A stretch of DNA of 45,978 bases from NCBI GenBank assembly GCA_043816005.1, contig JBDRIM010000061.1:1-45978 (forward strand), in the 5' to 3' direction. The stretch's first letter is position 1, and each line of letters begins with the position of its first letter. Positions 17,555 through 27,717 of the stretch are shown here, one piece after another. Position numbers and translations under genes: made by a program. Source of the stretch: Candidatus Micrarchaeota archaeon (GTDB lineage Archaea; Micrarchaeota; Micrarchaeia; Anstonellales; Bilamarchaeaceae). Under the pieces are notes generated by a model. It had not been told where the DNA came from. It saw only the letters and a program-made list of their open reading frames with translations, and searched no databases.

Positions 17555-18706
17555 ATGGGAATGAGTAAGGGATCTTACCTCAAAAGAATTACATCGAACA
17601 TGCACATGAAAAGCATCGAAGTAGGAGAAAAAATGGATGGTAGTTCTCCACCTTCAGTATTCATTGGAAGTTATGGCTATCCAAAAGTGCAAATTGGTCC
17701 AATGCTTAGCCCAGAACAAGGTGACACTGCAATATTAGATACACCGGAATCTTGGATTCCAAAAAAGAAAAGTCAGGAAGATATTATAAATTTCAGACTT
17801 GGTTTAGTACGAGGAAAACAAGTAGTTGGGATCCAAGAATTCAACAATAAACTTGTGCAAAAATTACAGGAAATTTCACTTGCAGCTGGTTCGGTTCAAA
17901 GTGAAGCAACATTTCATGGAAAACCAAGAGGATTCACTTTTGATTCTGAACATCAACCATTTGGCCCGAGTGCAAGTCTAGAAAGATTTGACATTGATAA
18001 TGTTAGGTGGCATCCTGAAATGGAAAAAACATTTTATGATACTGATTTCAGATCAAGTGAAGCAATTGTTGAACTTTACAAAGAAGGAGTTTTGTTTTCA
18101 CAAATACAAAAAGCATTGTCAACAGGGACTATGGGAATCGGAAAAAATAGGAGGATGGTTCCGACAAGATGGTCTATAACAGCAGCAGATACCATCCTAG
18201 CAGATCATTTGTATGATGAAATAAAATGGAATGAAATAATTGATTGTTACGAAGTTTACGAATTTTCCAGTTTGAATAATTATTATGCAGTTATACTTAC
18301 GCCAACGCCATGGCAATATGAATGGTTAGAAGCATTTATTCATGTTATGGGAAATGAAGAACTAATATTTGCAGACCATGAAGGCACACGCGGAAAAGAT
18401 GGATATTCAACTGTTGGTGGTTGCTATTATAGTTGCAAATTCGGCGTACTTGAAGCATTAAAGAGAATGAAAAAACAGGCAGGAGCTATTGTTCTTCGTG
18501 AAGCATACGACGGATATGTTCCGCTGGGTGTTTTTAATGTACGAGAAAATGTTAGAAATGCTATGAAACAAGTTCCTAGGAAATTTGCAGACTTTAGAAG
18601 TTCAATGGGATATGTTTCAAGCAAACTCAGATTGCCAATCTCACGATTCGTGGATCAAAGTGTTTTGATTAAAGATATGTTGAGTTATAAACAAACAACA
18701 TTGTAG
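17555..18706 (+). CDS. nreA: Nre-family DNA repair protein
   Basis: GSSPPSVFIG..GYPKV, RRMVPTRWSITA.D, GGCYY, PLGVFNVRENVR, and a C-terminal PIP-like QTTL. Confidence 0.92.
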   Translation: MGMSKGSYLKRITSNMHMKSIEVGEKMDGSSPPSVFIGSYGYPKVQIGPMLSPEQGDTAILDTPESWIPKKKSQEDIINFRLGLVRGKQVVGIQEFNNKLVQKLQEISLAAGSVQSEATFHGKPRGFTFDSEHQPFGPSASLERFDIDNVRWHPEMEKTFYDTDFRSSEAIVELYKEGVLFSQIQKALSTGTMGIGKNRRMVPTRWSITAADTILADHLYDEIKWNEIIDCYEVYEFSSLNNYYAVILTPTPWQYEWLEAFIHVMGNEELIFADHEGTRGKDGYSTVGGCYYSCKFGVLEALKRMKKQAGAIVLREAYDGYVPLGVFNVRENVRNAMKQVPRKFADFRSSMGYVSSKLRLPISRFVDQSVLIKDMLSYKQTTL

Positions 18707-18714
18707 CTGATTAT

Positions 18715-20049
18715 ATGGAAGTTGTTCAGTACTTATACTCATTGAAAAATCAAGGTTCTAAATTGGGCCTTGGAAGAATGGAAAAGCTACTGGATTTACT
18801 TGGAAGACCAGAAAGATCATTCAAATCAATTTTAGTTGCAGGAACAAATGGGAAGGGATCGACAGTAGCAATGATTTACTCTATTTTAAGAAACGCAGGT
18901 TTCAGTGTTGGAAGATATATTAGTCCACATATAACTTGTTTGAACGAGAGAATTGTAGTTGATGATAAACAGATAACTGATCAAGATTTATTCAGAATTA
19001 TAAATGAGATAAGAAAAAAAATAGAAACATTGAAAAACGAGGAAAATTTTGATCATCCAACTTTTTTTGAGGTTACTACAGCTGCCACTTTTGTTTATTT
19101 TAGAGAGAGAAAAATTGATTTTGCAGTCTTGGAAGTTGGAATGGGCGGAAGACTTGATGCAACAAACACCGTAATCCCTCTTGTTTCAGTTATCACAAAT
19201 GTTTCCTTAGAACATACAAAAATACTTGGAGATAGTATTGAAAAAATTGCATATGAAAAAGGCGGGATAATAAAAGAAAATGGAATGGTTGTCACTACTA
19301 CTGAAGGAGAAGCATTGAAAAAAATTACAGAAATTTGCAAAGAAAGAAATGCAAAACTCGTAATGAATGGATCTGAAATAAAAACCAAAAACAGATCATC
19401 CACTGGCTGGATTCAGAAATTTGATGCTGACATTCTTGATAAAACTTATGTTGGACTTGAACTTAATCTTATTGGCGAACACCAAATAAAAAATGCAATT
19501 TGTGCACTTAGTACAATAAAGTTTATACAACAGCAAGGGATAACAATCCCAGAAGATGCGATCAGAACTGGTTTGAAAAAAGTTGATTGGCCAGGAAGAA
19601 TGGAGATTGTCCAAGAAAAACCATTAGTGATATTAGACTGTGCAAAAGATGCTGACGCTTCAAAAAAATTAGCTGAGACAATTCGAAATGACATAAAACC
19701 AAAAAAACTTATTGTTGTTATCAGCATTTCTTCTGATAAAAATATCTCTGAAATGATTGGTGCTATTATTCCACTTGCCAATATGGTTATTTTAACTGCT
19801 CACCATGTGATGGAACGGGCAACAGACCCCCAACTTTTGGCAAATGAAGTAATAAAATACAACAAAAAATTCGAGATCATTCCAGATGTAAAAGATGCAG
19901 TAAGGACCGGAATAAAAATGAGCGGAATAGATGGTACTGTGATTGTTACGGGTTCAGTATTCACAGTAGCAGAAGCACGAGAGATTTGGTTTGGAAAAAA
20001 TAATGCTGAACTTGGCCTGAATATTAACGATTTGCCAACCCGCAAGTAA
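18715..20049 (+). CDS. folC: Folylpolyglutamate synthase/dihydrofolate synthase
   Basis: VAGTNGKGST, SPH..NERI, TFFE, EVGMGGRLDATN, WPGRME, TGS. Confidence 0.93.
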   Translation: MEVVQYLYSLKNQGSKLGLGRMEKLLDLLGRPERSFKSILVAGTNGKGSTVAMIYSILRNAGFSVGRYISPHITCLNERIVVDDKQITDQDLFRIINEIRKKIETLKNEENFDHPTFFEVTTAATFVYFRERKIDFAVLEVGMGGRLDATNTVIPLVSVITNVSLEHTKILGDSIEKIAYEKGGIIKENGMVVTTTEGEALKKITEICKERNAKLVMNGSEIKTKNRSSTGWIQKFDADILDKTYVGLELNLIGEHQIKNAICALSTIKFIQQQGITIPEDAIRTGLKKVDWPGRMEIVQEKPLVILDCAKDADASKKLAETIRNDIKPKKLIVVISISSDKNISEMIGAIIPLANMVILTAHHVMERATDPQLLANEVIKYNKKFEIIPDVKDAVRTGIKMSGIDGTVIVTGSVFTVAEAREIWFGKNNAELGLNINDLPTRK

Positions 20050-20077
20050 TTTTAAACTTGACGGTTAATTTGTGGAC

Positions 20078-21349
20078 ATGAATTACCGTTATATGATACT
20101 GTTTTTGGTTTTATTACAAATCAGTGCAGTTTATGCAGGCTGTATTGGATATACTGATACTTTTGATGTAAGAGTACTGGATGCAAAAAACAGACCAATA
20201 AGCAATGCGGATGTTCAGGTGAAATTTGACAGAGGTGCAACATTTGGAGATAAGTACTTTGTCACACAACCAGAAAAAACAAATACGCAAGGAATTGTAC
20301 ATTATAGTATACTGAATCAAGGGGCAAATTCACAGTCAGTAGATTGTAATATAGTCATAAATGCAACTATTAGCGGTTCAGTGAAAACATCGACGATAAT
20401 TGTAGGACAGCATGGGAATATAATTGATCTTGCGTTGGTAGATGTCTATCCTATTAAATTTTATATAAGAGACCAGTTCAAAGCTAGTATTAGTAATGCA
20501 ACTATAAATGTTGATAGTTGGGGACCAGGAAAAACAGATAAACAAGGAAGTGTTAAAGGATATCTAAAAACAGGACAACACGAATACTTTGCAAGCTATC
20601 TTGATGCAAGTACATCAGGAGTGGTTGACATTGTAAATGATAGTGATTTTGAGATCATCTTTTCGCATTATCCACTTGAGATTACTGTCACAGATGATCA
20701 GGGAACACCTCTGGATGCAATGATAACAATAAACAACCAAACATTTACTATGCAAAATGGACATTTGCAATATCCAAAAGTATATGGACAACAAGTGCCA
20801 TACCAAATAGAGTATATGGGCATTGTAGTATCTGACATAGTATATCCAGAAACAGACCAGGAAATAGAAATACGTTATGATATCCATCCACCTGTCATTT
20901 CAGAGGTTATATCAGAAAGTAATGAAAATCGCCCAAAATTAAAGATAGTTGCTTTTGATAATGGGATATACGCAAGCGGTCTTGATGTTTCAAGTATGAA
21001 GGTTTGGTATAAAGTTGAACCATCAGTTGAAAGCGAAGCTTGGCACCCTGCTGTTGTTTTCACAACTGCAAAGAACACTTTTGCTGCCGAATTCCCAGAA
21101 ATGGAAAGTAACACGATAATAAAATTTAAAATCGAAGTAAAAGATAAGGGAGGGAATAAAGCAGGAATGGAGGGGAAATTCACAACATTAATCATACAAA
21201 ATACCACCCAAAACGGTTCAAATCCACAGCCAGATCCGCCACCAGAACAGGAAATACCACTTTTATACATATTCGGTGGTGTAATTTTAATAGTTTTAGC
21301 TATTTATTTGGTAATTCACATAAAAAGTAAAGGAACTGGAGGTGGATAG
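20078..21349 (+). CDS. Cell-surface protein (signal peptide, beta-rich domains, C-terminal TM anchor)
   Basis: Signal peptide ending SAVYA; many N-x-S/T sites; Pro-rich linker then a TM helix and short basic tail. Confidence 0.75.
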   Translation: MNYRYMILFLVLLQISAVYAGCIGYTDTFDVRVLDAKNRPISNADVQVKFDRGATFGDKYFVTQPEKTNTQGIVHYSILNQGANSQSVDCNIVINATISGSVKTSTIIVGQHGNIIDLALVDVYPIKFYIRDQFKASISNATINVDSWGPGKTDKQGSVKGYLKTGQHEYFASYLDASTSGVVDIVNDSDFEIIFSHYPLEITVTDDQGTPLDAMITINNQTFTMQNGHLQYPKVYGQQVPYQIEYMGIVVSDIVYPETDQEIEIRYDIHPPVISEVISESNENRPKLKIVAFDNGIYASGLDVSSMKVWYKVEPSVESEAWHPAVVFTTAKNTFAAEFPEMESNTIIKFKIEVKDKGGNKAGMEGKFTTLIIQNTTQNGSNPQPDPPPEQEIPLLYIFGGVILIVLAIYLVIHIKSKGTGGG

Positions 21350-21442
21350 TAAGGATTATCTTTATAAATTGTGTGTAGTATAGTATAAACACGTGTATTC
21401 ATAAATTATAATAAAATATAAAGTTTATCAAGGTGGTAAAAA

Positions 21443-22174
21443 ATGCCTCGAGGAAAAAAAATTATTATTGAAACGGAAATAAATGACGACTTTGTCGATA
21501 GGTTTAGATCGATCAATCTTGACGAGATAAAAAAAGATCGTGAGCATACTGAAGAAGGTTTATCGTCTTCTGTGGCAAGCGTCTTTAAAGTGGCCCAAAA
21601 TCTTTATCGCCAGAAAGCAAGCGAAGATGAACTTGAGGGCAAACATAAATTATATTCGGTTAGAGCAGCTTATGATTTCCTAAAAGATAATAGCGTATTC
21701 ATATCTTTCAGGGCTTTTGGAGGAAGGATAGAAAGAGGCACTATCCCATTCGTCAAAGTCGGAAGAAAAAGATACATACCAGTTAGTGTTTTGGAAGATA
21801 TCACAAAGACAAAAACAGACTTTTACACTGTAAAAGAAGCATTTGAAGAATATAAAAAAGCAAACCAAAAAATCAACTTCAGAGCATTTATAGGAAGAAT
21901 TGAGAAGGGATCCATACCATCAGTGAAATTTGGAACAAGGAGACTTGTCCCAAGAGATGCTGTTGAATCTTTGACTCATATTAGTTCTAATTATTACACC
22001 GTAAGCCAAGCAATAAAGGAGCTTTACAGGGGCGGTATTAGAATTAAGAGAAATGCATTTGAAAGACGATTGGATCGTGGAAGAATCCCACATGTAAAAA
22101 TCGGTGGAAGGCGATTTATCCACGAAGATGTCATGAAAGAGCTTGTAGATAAAGAAGTTGCTCTTAAAAAATAA
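21443..22174 (+). CDS. DNA-binding protein with three tandem excisionase/MerR-like (HTH_17-type) domains
   Basis: Three ~49-aa units of the form Y[ST]V..A...I.F/R.AF..R[IL][ED][RK]G.IP.VK.G.[KR]R.[IV]. Confidence 0.8.
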   Translation: MPRGKKIIIETEINDDFVDRFRSINLDEIKKDREHTEEGLSSSVASVFKVAQNLYRQKASEDELEGKHKLYSVRAAYDFLKDNSVFISFRAFGGRIERGTIPFVKVGRKRYIPVSVLEDITKTKTDFYTVKEAFEEYKKANQKINFRAFIGRIEKGSIPSVKFGTRRLVPRDAVESLTHISSNYYTVSQAIKELYRGGIRIKRNAFERRLDRGRIPHVKIGGRRFIHEDVMKELVDKEVALKK

Positions 22175-22197
22175 TTTTTTTATTTTAATTTTCTCTT

Positions 22198-22236
22198 TCT
22201 ATTAAAACCCAAACTCGCGAAGCGAGTTTCAATAGA
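22198..22236. repeat. Intergenic hairpin with GCGAAGC core
   Basis: AAACTCGC-GAA-GCGAGTTT (22211-22229), extendable by TCTATT/AATAGA. Confidence 0.75.
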
Positions 22237-22270
22237 CCAAAATTTATTACTTTTCCTTTAAATTAATCAT

Positions 22271-24652
22271 ATGGTTAGAAAGAAAGCTTATTTCATTGAC
22301 GCGAGTTATACTGTAAAAAATAACGAAACATACATTTCATTATTATTAAAAGGTAAAACAAGTATTAGACGCTATTATAGGTATGATCCTTACTTTTACG
22401 TAGATGCCCCTCCAGAGGCTAAAAATCGACTTTTAGAGATAAAAGCACCTAAAATGAACGGTGAGTTGGTTAGTCCGATCAGGATTGAAGAATACGAAAA
22501 GAGAACCGGGCTGACAACCAAAAAAATGTTAAAAGTATATTGTAGAGAACCATCCCATGTCCCAGCTGTAAAGGCTGCAGTACCATACCCATGTTATGAA
22601 TACAACATCCCATTTGCAAGAAGGTTCATATTTGATATGCAACTCACACCATTTTGTTCTGTGGTTTATGAGAAAGATAAGAGGATTATTACAAAAATAA
22701 TCTCCATACAACCAGCCACCCCCAAATTATCTGCCATGAGTTTTGATATTGAAACGTATAATCCGATAGGAACGCCACGGGGGGACAAAGATCCTGTAAT
22801 CATGATTAGCTACTGTGGAAAGAAAAAAGGAGTAATAACATTCAAAAAATCAGCAAAAGAATTTGTGGAGACAGTAGCAGACGAAAAAACCATGTTGGAA
22901 AGATTTTTCCAAATAGTAAAAGAAGAGGATCCGGATGTTCTTCTTGGGTATAATTCTGCAAATTTCGATCTGCCTTATTTGAAAACACGATCAGCAATAC
23001 TGAAAACGCAATTAAAATTGGGGAGATATGGAACTGGAATACACGAGGTTAAAAAAGGCCTTATTACTGGCATGCGAATAAACGGAAGAGTACATTTTGA
23101 TCTTTATCCGATGGCAAAATTCTTTGGATTTATTGGTGTGATAAAGAGCCAAAAATTTACGCTTGATGCAATTGCAGAAGACGTGCTTGGAAAGAAAAAA
23201 GTGAAGGTAAAAAAAGAAGAGATTTGGCAGATGTGGGACAGTAATGATATAGAAAAGCTTTGTGAATATTCGCTTGTTGATGCTGAACTTACTCAAGAGT
23301 TAGGAGGGAGATTTCTACCAATAGACGAGGAACTTTCAAGTGTTGCAAAATTGCCATTGTTCGACACCACGATTTCAACTAGTGGCCAACTTGTGGAAAA
23401 TTTACTTATGTTTCATGCAACTGAAAGAAATGAATTGATTCCCTCAAAACCAATTGGCGAGACAGTTAATGAAAGAATGAATGCACCGATACAAGGGGCA
23501 TTTGTTAAACTACCAGAACCTGGGATTTATGAAAATGTCGCGGTTCTTGACTTTAGGGGACTGTATCCATCGATAATTGTATCCTATAATATTGATCCTG
23601 GAACGCTAATTGAATCGAAACCAGGTCAAACAACTGATGACCATTTTGAATCCCCAACAGGCGCAAAATTCTCAAAAAAACAAACAGGACTTATTCCATT
23701 TGTACTTGATTATTTGATTGATATGAGGATGGCTTTGAAAAAAACCATCAAAGGATTGGATAAAACAGAAGATAAGTATGTACGTGTCAGCGCACGATCG
23801 CAGGCACTGAAAATTCTTGCAAATAGTTTCTATGGTTACATGGGGTATGCAAGATCAAGATGGTATTCTCGGCAGTGCGCTGAAAGCGTTACTGCATGGG
23901 GTAGAAAACATATTATGGAAACAATTGAAAACGCTGAAAATGCTGGTTTCAGTGTTCTTTACGGTGATACTGATTCCATTTTCTTACTTTATAAAAATAA
24001 AGAGGATGTTAACAAATTCATGGAAGTAGTAAACAAATCACTTCCAGAAAAAATGGAACTAGAACTTGAGGGATTTTATCCGCGCGGAGTGTTTGTAAGT
24101 AAAAAGGGAAGTGGAGAACGAGGAGCGAAGAAGAAATACGCACTTCTTGGTGAAGATGGTAGGATTAAAATTCGCGGTTTTGAACTTGTGAGACGAGATT
24201 GGTCAAAGGTTGCAAAGGACACGCAATTGAAGGTTCTTGAAGCAATATTGAAAGATGGGAGTAAGGAGAAAGCAGTAAAAATAATAAGAGATGTTGTAGC
24301 AAAGCTACAAGAAGGAAACGTACCACTTGAGATGCTTGCAATCAGCACTCAACTTAATAAAAATCCAGATAATTATGAGGTGGCAAGTCCAGAACTAACA
24401 GCAGCCAAAAAAATGCTTGCTGCAGGACTTAACGTCGAAAAAGGAACAATGATTTCATATGTTGTTGGTAAACGCGGAAAAACCATATCTGAAAAAGCAG
24501 AACCACTTGAACTTGCAAAAGATTATGATGCTGATTATTATATAAACAATCAAATTTTACCTGCAGTAATGAAGATAATGAAGGAACTTGGTTACGACGA
24601 ACATAGTATGAAATTTGGTGGAAAACAAAAAAGTTTAGATGCCTTCTTTTGA
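22271..24652 (+). CDS. polB: Family B DNA polymerase
   Basis: Exo I SFDIETY, GYNSANFD, DFRGLYPSII, KILANSFYGY, YGDTDS, KKKY; C-terminal PIP box QKSLDAFF. Confidence 0.97.
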   Translation: MVRKKAYFIDASYTVKNNETYISLLLKGKTSIRRYYRYDPYFYVDAPPEAKNRLLEIKAPKMNGELVSPIRIEEYEKRTGLTTKKMLKVYCREPSHVPAVKAAVPYPCYEYNIPFARRFIFDMQLTPFCSVVYEKDKRIITKIISIQPATPKLSAMSFDIETYNPIGTPRGDKDPVIMISYCGKKKGVITFKKSAKEFVETVADEKTMLERFFQIVKEEDPDVLLGYNSANFDLPYLKTRSAILKTQLKLGRYGTGIHEVKKGLITGMRINGRVHFDLYPMAKFFGFIGVIKSQKFTLDAIAEDVLGKKKVKVKKEEIWQMWDSNDIEKLCEYSLVDAELTQELGGRFLPIDEELSSVAKLPLFDTTISTSGQLVENLLMFHATERNELIPSKPIGETVNERMNAPIQGAFVKLPEPGIYENVAVLDFRGLYPSIIVSYNIDPGTLIESKPGQTTDDHFESPTGAKFSKKQTGLIPFVLDYLIDMRMALKKTIKGLDKTEDKYVRVSARSQALKILANSFYGYMGYARSRWYSRQCAESVTAWGRKHIMETIENAENAGFSVLYGDTDSIFLLYKNKEDVNKFMEVVNKSLPEKMELELEGFYPRGVFVSKKGSGERGAKKKYALLGEDGRIKIRGFELVRRDWSKVAKDTQLKVLEAILKDGSKEKAVKIIRDVVAKLQEGNVPLEMLAISTQLNKNPDNYEVASPELTAAKKMLAAGLNVEKGTMISYVVGKRGKTISEKAEPLELAKDYDADYYINNQILPAVMKIMKELGYDEHSMKFGGKQKSLDAFF

Positions 24653-24686
24653 TTGTTTTTTATAACTATTGCAGCAAAATAAGAAT

Positions 24687-25208
24687 ATGGGAAAACATAA
24701 AGAGAAACCACCACACGATGATATTCTAGTACCTAAAATTGATTTGAGTTTCCCAGTTAAACCAAGCAGAGAAACAGAAATTAGCTGGCTTAAAAAAAAC
24801 TTAGAGAATCCAAGAACTCCAATAGATACCAAGTTATATACAATAAGAGAACTTGCCAAATATGGTGAGATGGAATATCTACGTAATGTTCATTCAGAAT
24901 TAACAAATCAAGGTGATGCATTAAAACGCGAAGTAGAGAGAATGAAAGATGGAAGATTAAAACTATACCTAGATGCTCACCGTCCAATATATGAGGCAGC
25001 TGGTAAGAGAGAAGATTGGAAGGAATTAACAGTAGAAAAAAGAGAAGAAATAGTTCGTGAAATGACAGTAAGTAATCCTGGAATCTTGAGCAGATTAGCA
25101 AGATACGACGAAAAAATTGCACTTATAGAGAGAAAAATAAAGTTTGTTGAAAAACTTAAGGCAGAAATAGATAAAGTTCTCCCAATAACAAAAGACAGCT
25201 TATTCTGA
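24687..25208 (+). CDS. Hypothetical coiled-coil protein
   Basis: Long, charged, helical-looking ORF; ATG at 24687. Confidence 0.65.
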   Translation: MGKHKEKPPHDDILVPKIDLSFPVKPSRETEISWLKKNLENPRTPIDTKLYTIRELAKYGEMEYLRNVHSELTNQGDALKREVERMKDGRLKLYLDAHRPIYEAAGKREDWKELTVEKREEIVREMTVSNPGILSRLARYDEKIALIERKIKFVEKLKAEIDKVLPITKDSLF

Positions 25209-25241
25209 AATCATTAAAAACTATGCATAGAATAATGATAT

Positions 25242-25589
25242 ATGGTTGCTGCAAAAAGGAAGGAAAAACCTATTGTTACGGATTTTGGAGACTTTCTCAG
25301 GGACGTATTTCAAAGAGCAGGAGAAGTTGGTGGCGATGCCCTAAGAACAAGAGATAAAGGGTTCGCTGAGAGAGTAGCAAGTCAACAACCACATAGAATA
25401 GTACCTACGAAAAAAGAAGAACCACGAAAAGTGGCAGTAGTACCAAGAAAAGAAGAACAGGCTCTTCCACCTCAAGTAAGAACAGTAATGAAAGATGCTG
25501 CCATAATTGCTTCGGAAGAGTTGGCCAGTTTACTGACAAAAGGAGTGGAAGGTAAAAGAATAAAATATAAAGATTGGATTGGTGCGTGA
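25242..25589 (+). CDS. Hypothetical protein
   Basis: 115-aa ORF co-oriented with and closely packed against downstream genes. Confidence 0.65.
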   Translation: MVAAKRKEKPIVTDFGDFLRDVFQRAGEVGGDALRTRDKGFAERVASQQPHRIVPTKKEEPRKVAVVPRKEEQALPPQVRTVMKDAAIIASEELASLLTKGVEGKRIKYKDWIGA

Positions 25590-25593
25590 TACT

Positions 25594-25941
25594 ATGGTTG
25601 CCTTAGACATTATTGACGAAGAAAACAAAGCGAAAATAATCACTATGTGGAAAAACATGAGTGAAACAGACAAAACACACTTCATAAACCAGGTTGCAAT
25701 AGCACTTAGTGTTTGGGGAAGCAACGAACAAGGAAAGAAACTTGTTGTTGAGGTACTCAGATCACTATCTAATAATGGTACTCGTACTCTTGCCGATTTT
25801 GGTCTTTACGTAGAATATGTTGCTGAGAGAAAAGAAGCAAATGGACTAGAAGATAAGATAAAAAGAGCTGCAAAAATTATCGAAATATATAGGATAAAAA
25901 ATTCCCTTTCCTCAGAACCTCATAGAGATTTGGATGTCTAA
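25594..25941 (+). CDS. Hypothetical protein
   Basis: ORF 25579..25941; ATG 25594 follows GTGA; abuts pus10. Confidence 0.7.
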   Translation: MVALDIIDEENKAKIITMWKNMSETDKTHFINQVAIALSVWGSNEQGKKLVVEVLRSLSNNGTRTLADFGLYVEYVAERKEANGLEDKIKRAAKIIEIYRIKNSLSSEPHRDLDV

Positions 25942-25943
25942 TT

Positions 25944-27050
25944 ATGCAACTTTGTCAAATATGCAATGGTGCTAATGGTTCTACTTTTGAAGCAGGCCAG
26001 TGTTATATTTGTGAAGAAAAGGCAATGAAGACAGATGAGATGATAACAACTGCAATTAGATTTTTAAAAGATGAAAATGCAACAAATTTTTCCATTTCAA
26101 CAATTATACCAAAGGACTGGCAAAATCGAGAGGAGATGGTCTGGGATAGAAAACTAAGTAAAGCAGAGAGCATCAAAAACATCCTAAATAGAAAAATAGT
26201 TAGTGCAATTAATGCAACAGGGTTGATTTATGATATAGATGGGGATTTTAGAGTGGTTTTCAATTATTATGAAGGAAAAATAGAATTGCAAAAAAATAAT
26301 ATGTTTATTTTTGGAAGATACAAAAAAATTAGTGCTGGGCTTTCGCAGAGTAGGTGGAGATGTCCGAAATGTGGAGGGGAAGGAACAAATTGTAATAATT
26401 GTTCTGGAAAAGGCAAATGCTATGAATCAGTGGAAGAACGAATTGGTGAACCGATAAAAGAAGCTGCACAAGCTAAAGATTATGTTATGCATGCATCAGG
26501 AAGAGAAGATGTTGATGCAACAAATACTGCAGGGCGGGCATTTGTATTTGAGATTAAAGAACCGTCTGAAAGAAAACTTAATCTTGTTGAACTTACGAAA
26601 ATTATTGGCAAAAGCAACGAAGTTGAAGTTTGTGATCTCCAAGTAGTAAGGAGAAAATTTATTGAGATGGTTACTGAATCTCATTTTGATAAAACATATG
26701 ACGCAGAGATTGAATTTGGTAGAGAGATAACTGAAAATGATGAGAGAAAAATCCTTGAACTTGCAGGAGAGACACTGCTTCAACAAACACCAACTAGAGT
26801 TGCACACAGGAGAGCAAATTTAGTTAGACATAGAAAAGTAAAAACAATTGAAGTCAAAAACAGAGATAAAAATAAGGCAACAATAATCGTGAAAGCAGAG
26901 GCAGGAACTTACATAAAAGAGTTGATTTCAGGGGACAATGGAAGAACCAATCCAAGTATTTCTAAACTCCTTGGAACAAGTGCTGTTTGTAAAAAATTGG
27001 AAGTAACAAAAATAGAAGACGGATTTTTGGATTTTTGTTTAGCGAAGTAG
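25944..27050 (+). CDS. pus10: tRNA pseudouridine(54/55) synthase Pus10
   Basis: GRYKK..QSRW, HASGREDVDA, QQTPTRVAHRR, AGTYIKELISGDNGRTNPS. Confidence 0.95.
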   Translation: MQLCQICNGANGSTFEAGQCYICEEKAMKTDEMITTAIRFLKDENATNFSISTIIPKDWQNREEMVWDRKLSKAESIKNILNRKIVSAINATGLIYDIDGDFRVVFNYYEGKIELQKNNMFIFGRYKKISAGLSQSRWRCPKCGGEGTNCNNCSGKGKCYESVEERIGEPIKEAAQAKDYVMHASGREDVDATNTAGRAFVFEIKEPSERKLNLVELTKIIGKSNEVEVCDLQVVRRKFIEMVTESHFDKTYDAEIEFGREITENDERKILELAGETLLQQTPTRVAHRRANLVRHRKVKTIEVKNRDKNKATIIVKAEAGTYIKELISGDNGRTNPSISKLLGTSAVCKKLEVTKIEDGFLDFCLAK

Positions 27051-27716
27051 ACGTTTTTGAACCCCATCGCCTGTTAATTCTCGCAATGCATCATTTGCAA
27101 TCCATTTTGCGGATTTTGATTCTTTTTTGCTAATTTTTTGTGCGCAAAAAATGGCGGCCCTATTTAAGTTCTTGTTTCTTTTACCAATTTGTCTTAATGC
27201 CCAATTTACTGCCTTTCTAACGAAATTCCTCTCATCAAATGAATACTTTTCTATTAGTGGAAAAAATACTTTAAATTTGCTGTCTGACGCTTTTTTATCA
27301 TGGACTGCCAAAGCAGCCATTAAAGCAAAACCAGTTCTCCTAACAAATTCTTCATCTCTTGCTGTCCATTCTAATGCTTTTCTATGAGCAATTTTGGTCT
27401 TGCTAAATAGGTTCATACAAACCTGATCACAAACATCCCACGAATCAAAATCTTTCACCCAGTGTTCCATCTGTTTTTCAGTAAGTTTTTTTGGATCTGC
27501 AACTAGACCTGCCAAAATTCTTGCTTCGTGGATCTCAGAATCCCAAAGTTCTTGGGCTAGTTCATGGTTTTTACCGATTTCCTTTCCAAGTTTACGCAAA
27601 ATTGGCATAGATACTCCGAGAGTATTTTTAGAACTAATACCAAAACGAACCATACCTTCAACATTTTTCGGATTGGACGCTGCACGAAGTTTTTTGATAA
27701 TTGTTTGATAGTCCAT
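27039..27716 (-). CDS. DNA alkylation repair protein (AlkD-like)
   Basis: LAQELW..HEARILA, DSWDVCDQ, DERNFVRKAVNWALRQIGKR. Confidence 0.9.
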   Translation of the reverse strand: MDYQTIIKKLRAASNPKNVEGMVRFGISSKNTLGVSMPILRKLGKEIGKNHELAQELWDSEIHEARILAGLVADPKKLTEKQMEHWVKDFDSWDVCDQVCMNLFSKTKIAHRKALEWTARDEEFVRRTGFALMAALAVHDKKASDSKFKVFFPLIEKYSFDERNFVRKAVNWALRQIGKRNKNLNRAAIFCAQKISKKESKSAKWIANDALRELTGDGVQKRLLR

Positions 27717-27717
27717 A

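Noticed and set aside
26355..26420. CxxCxGxG zinc-ribbon insert in Pus10
   Set aside because: As far as I recall this occurs in other archaeal Pus10 proteins, so it is not unusual.
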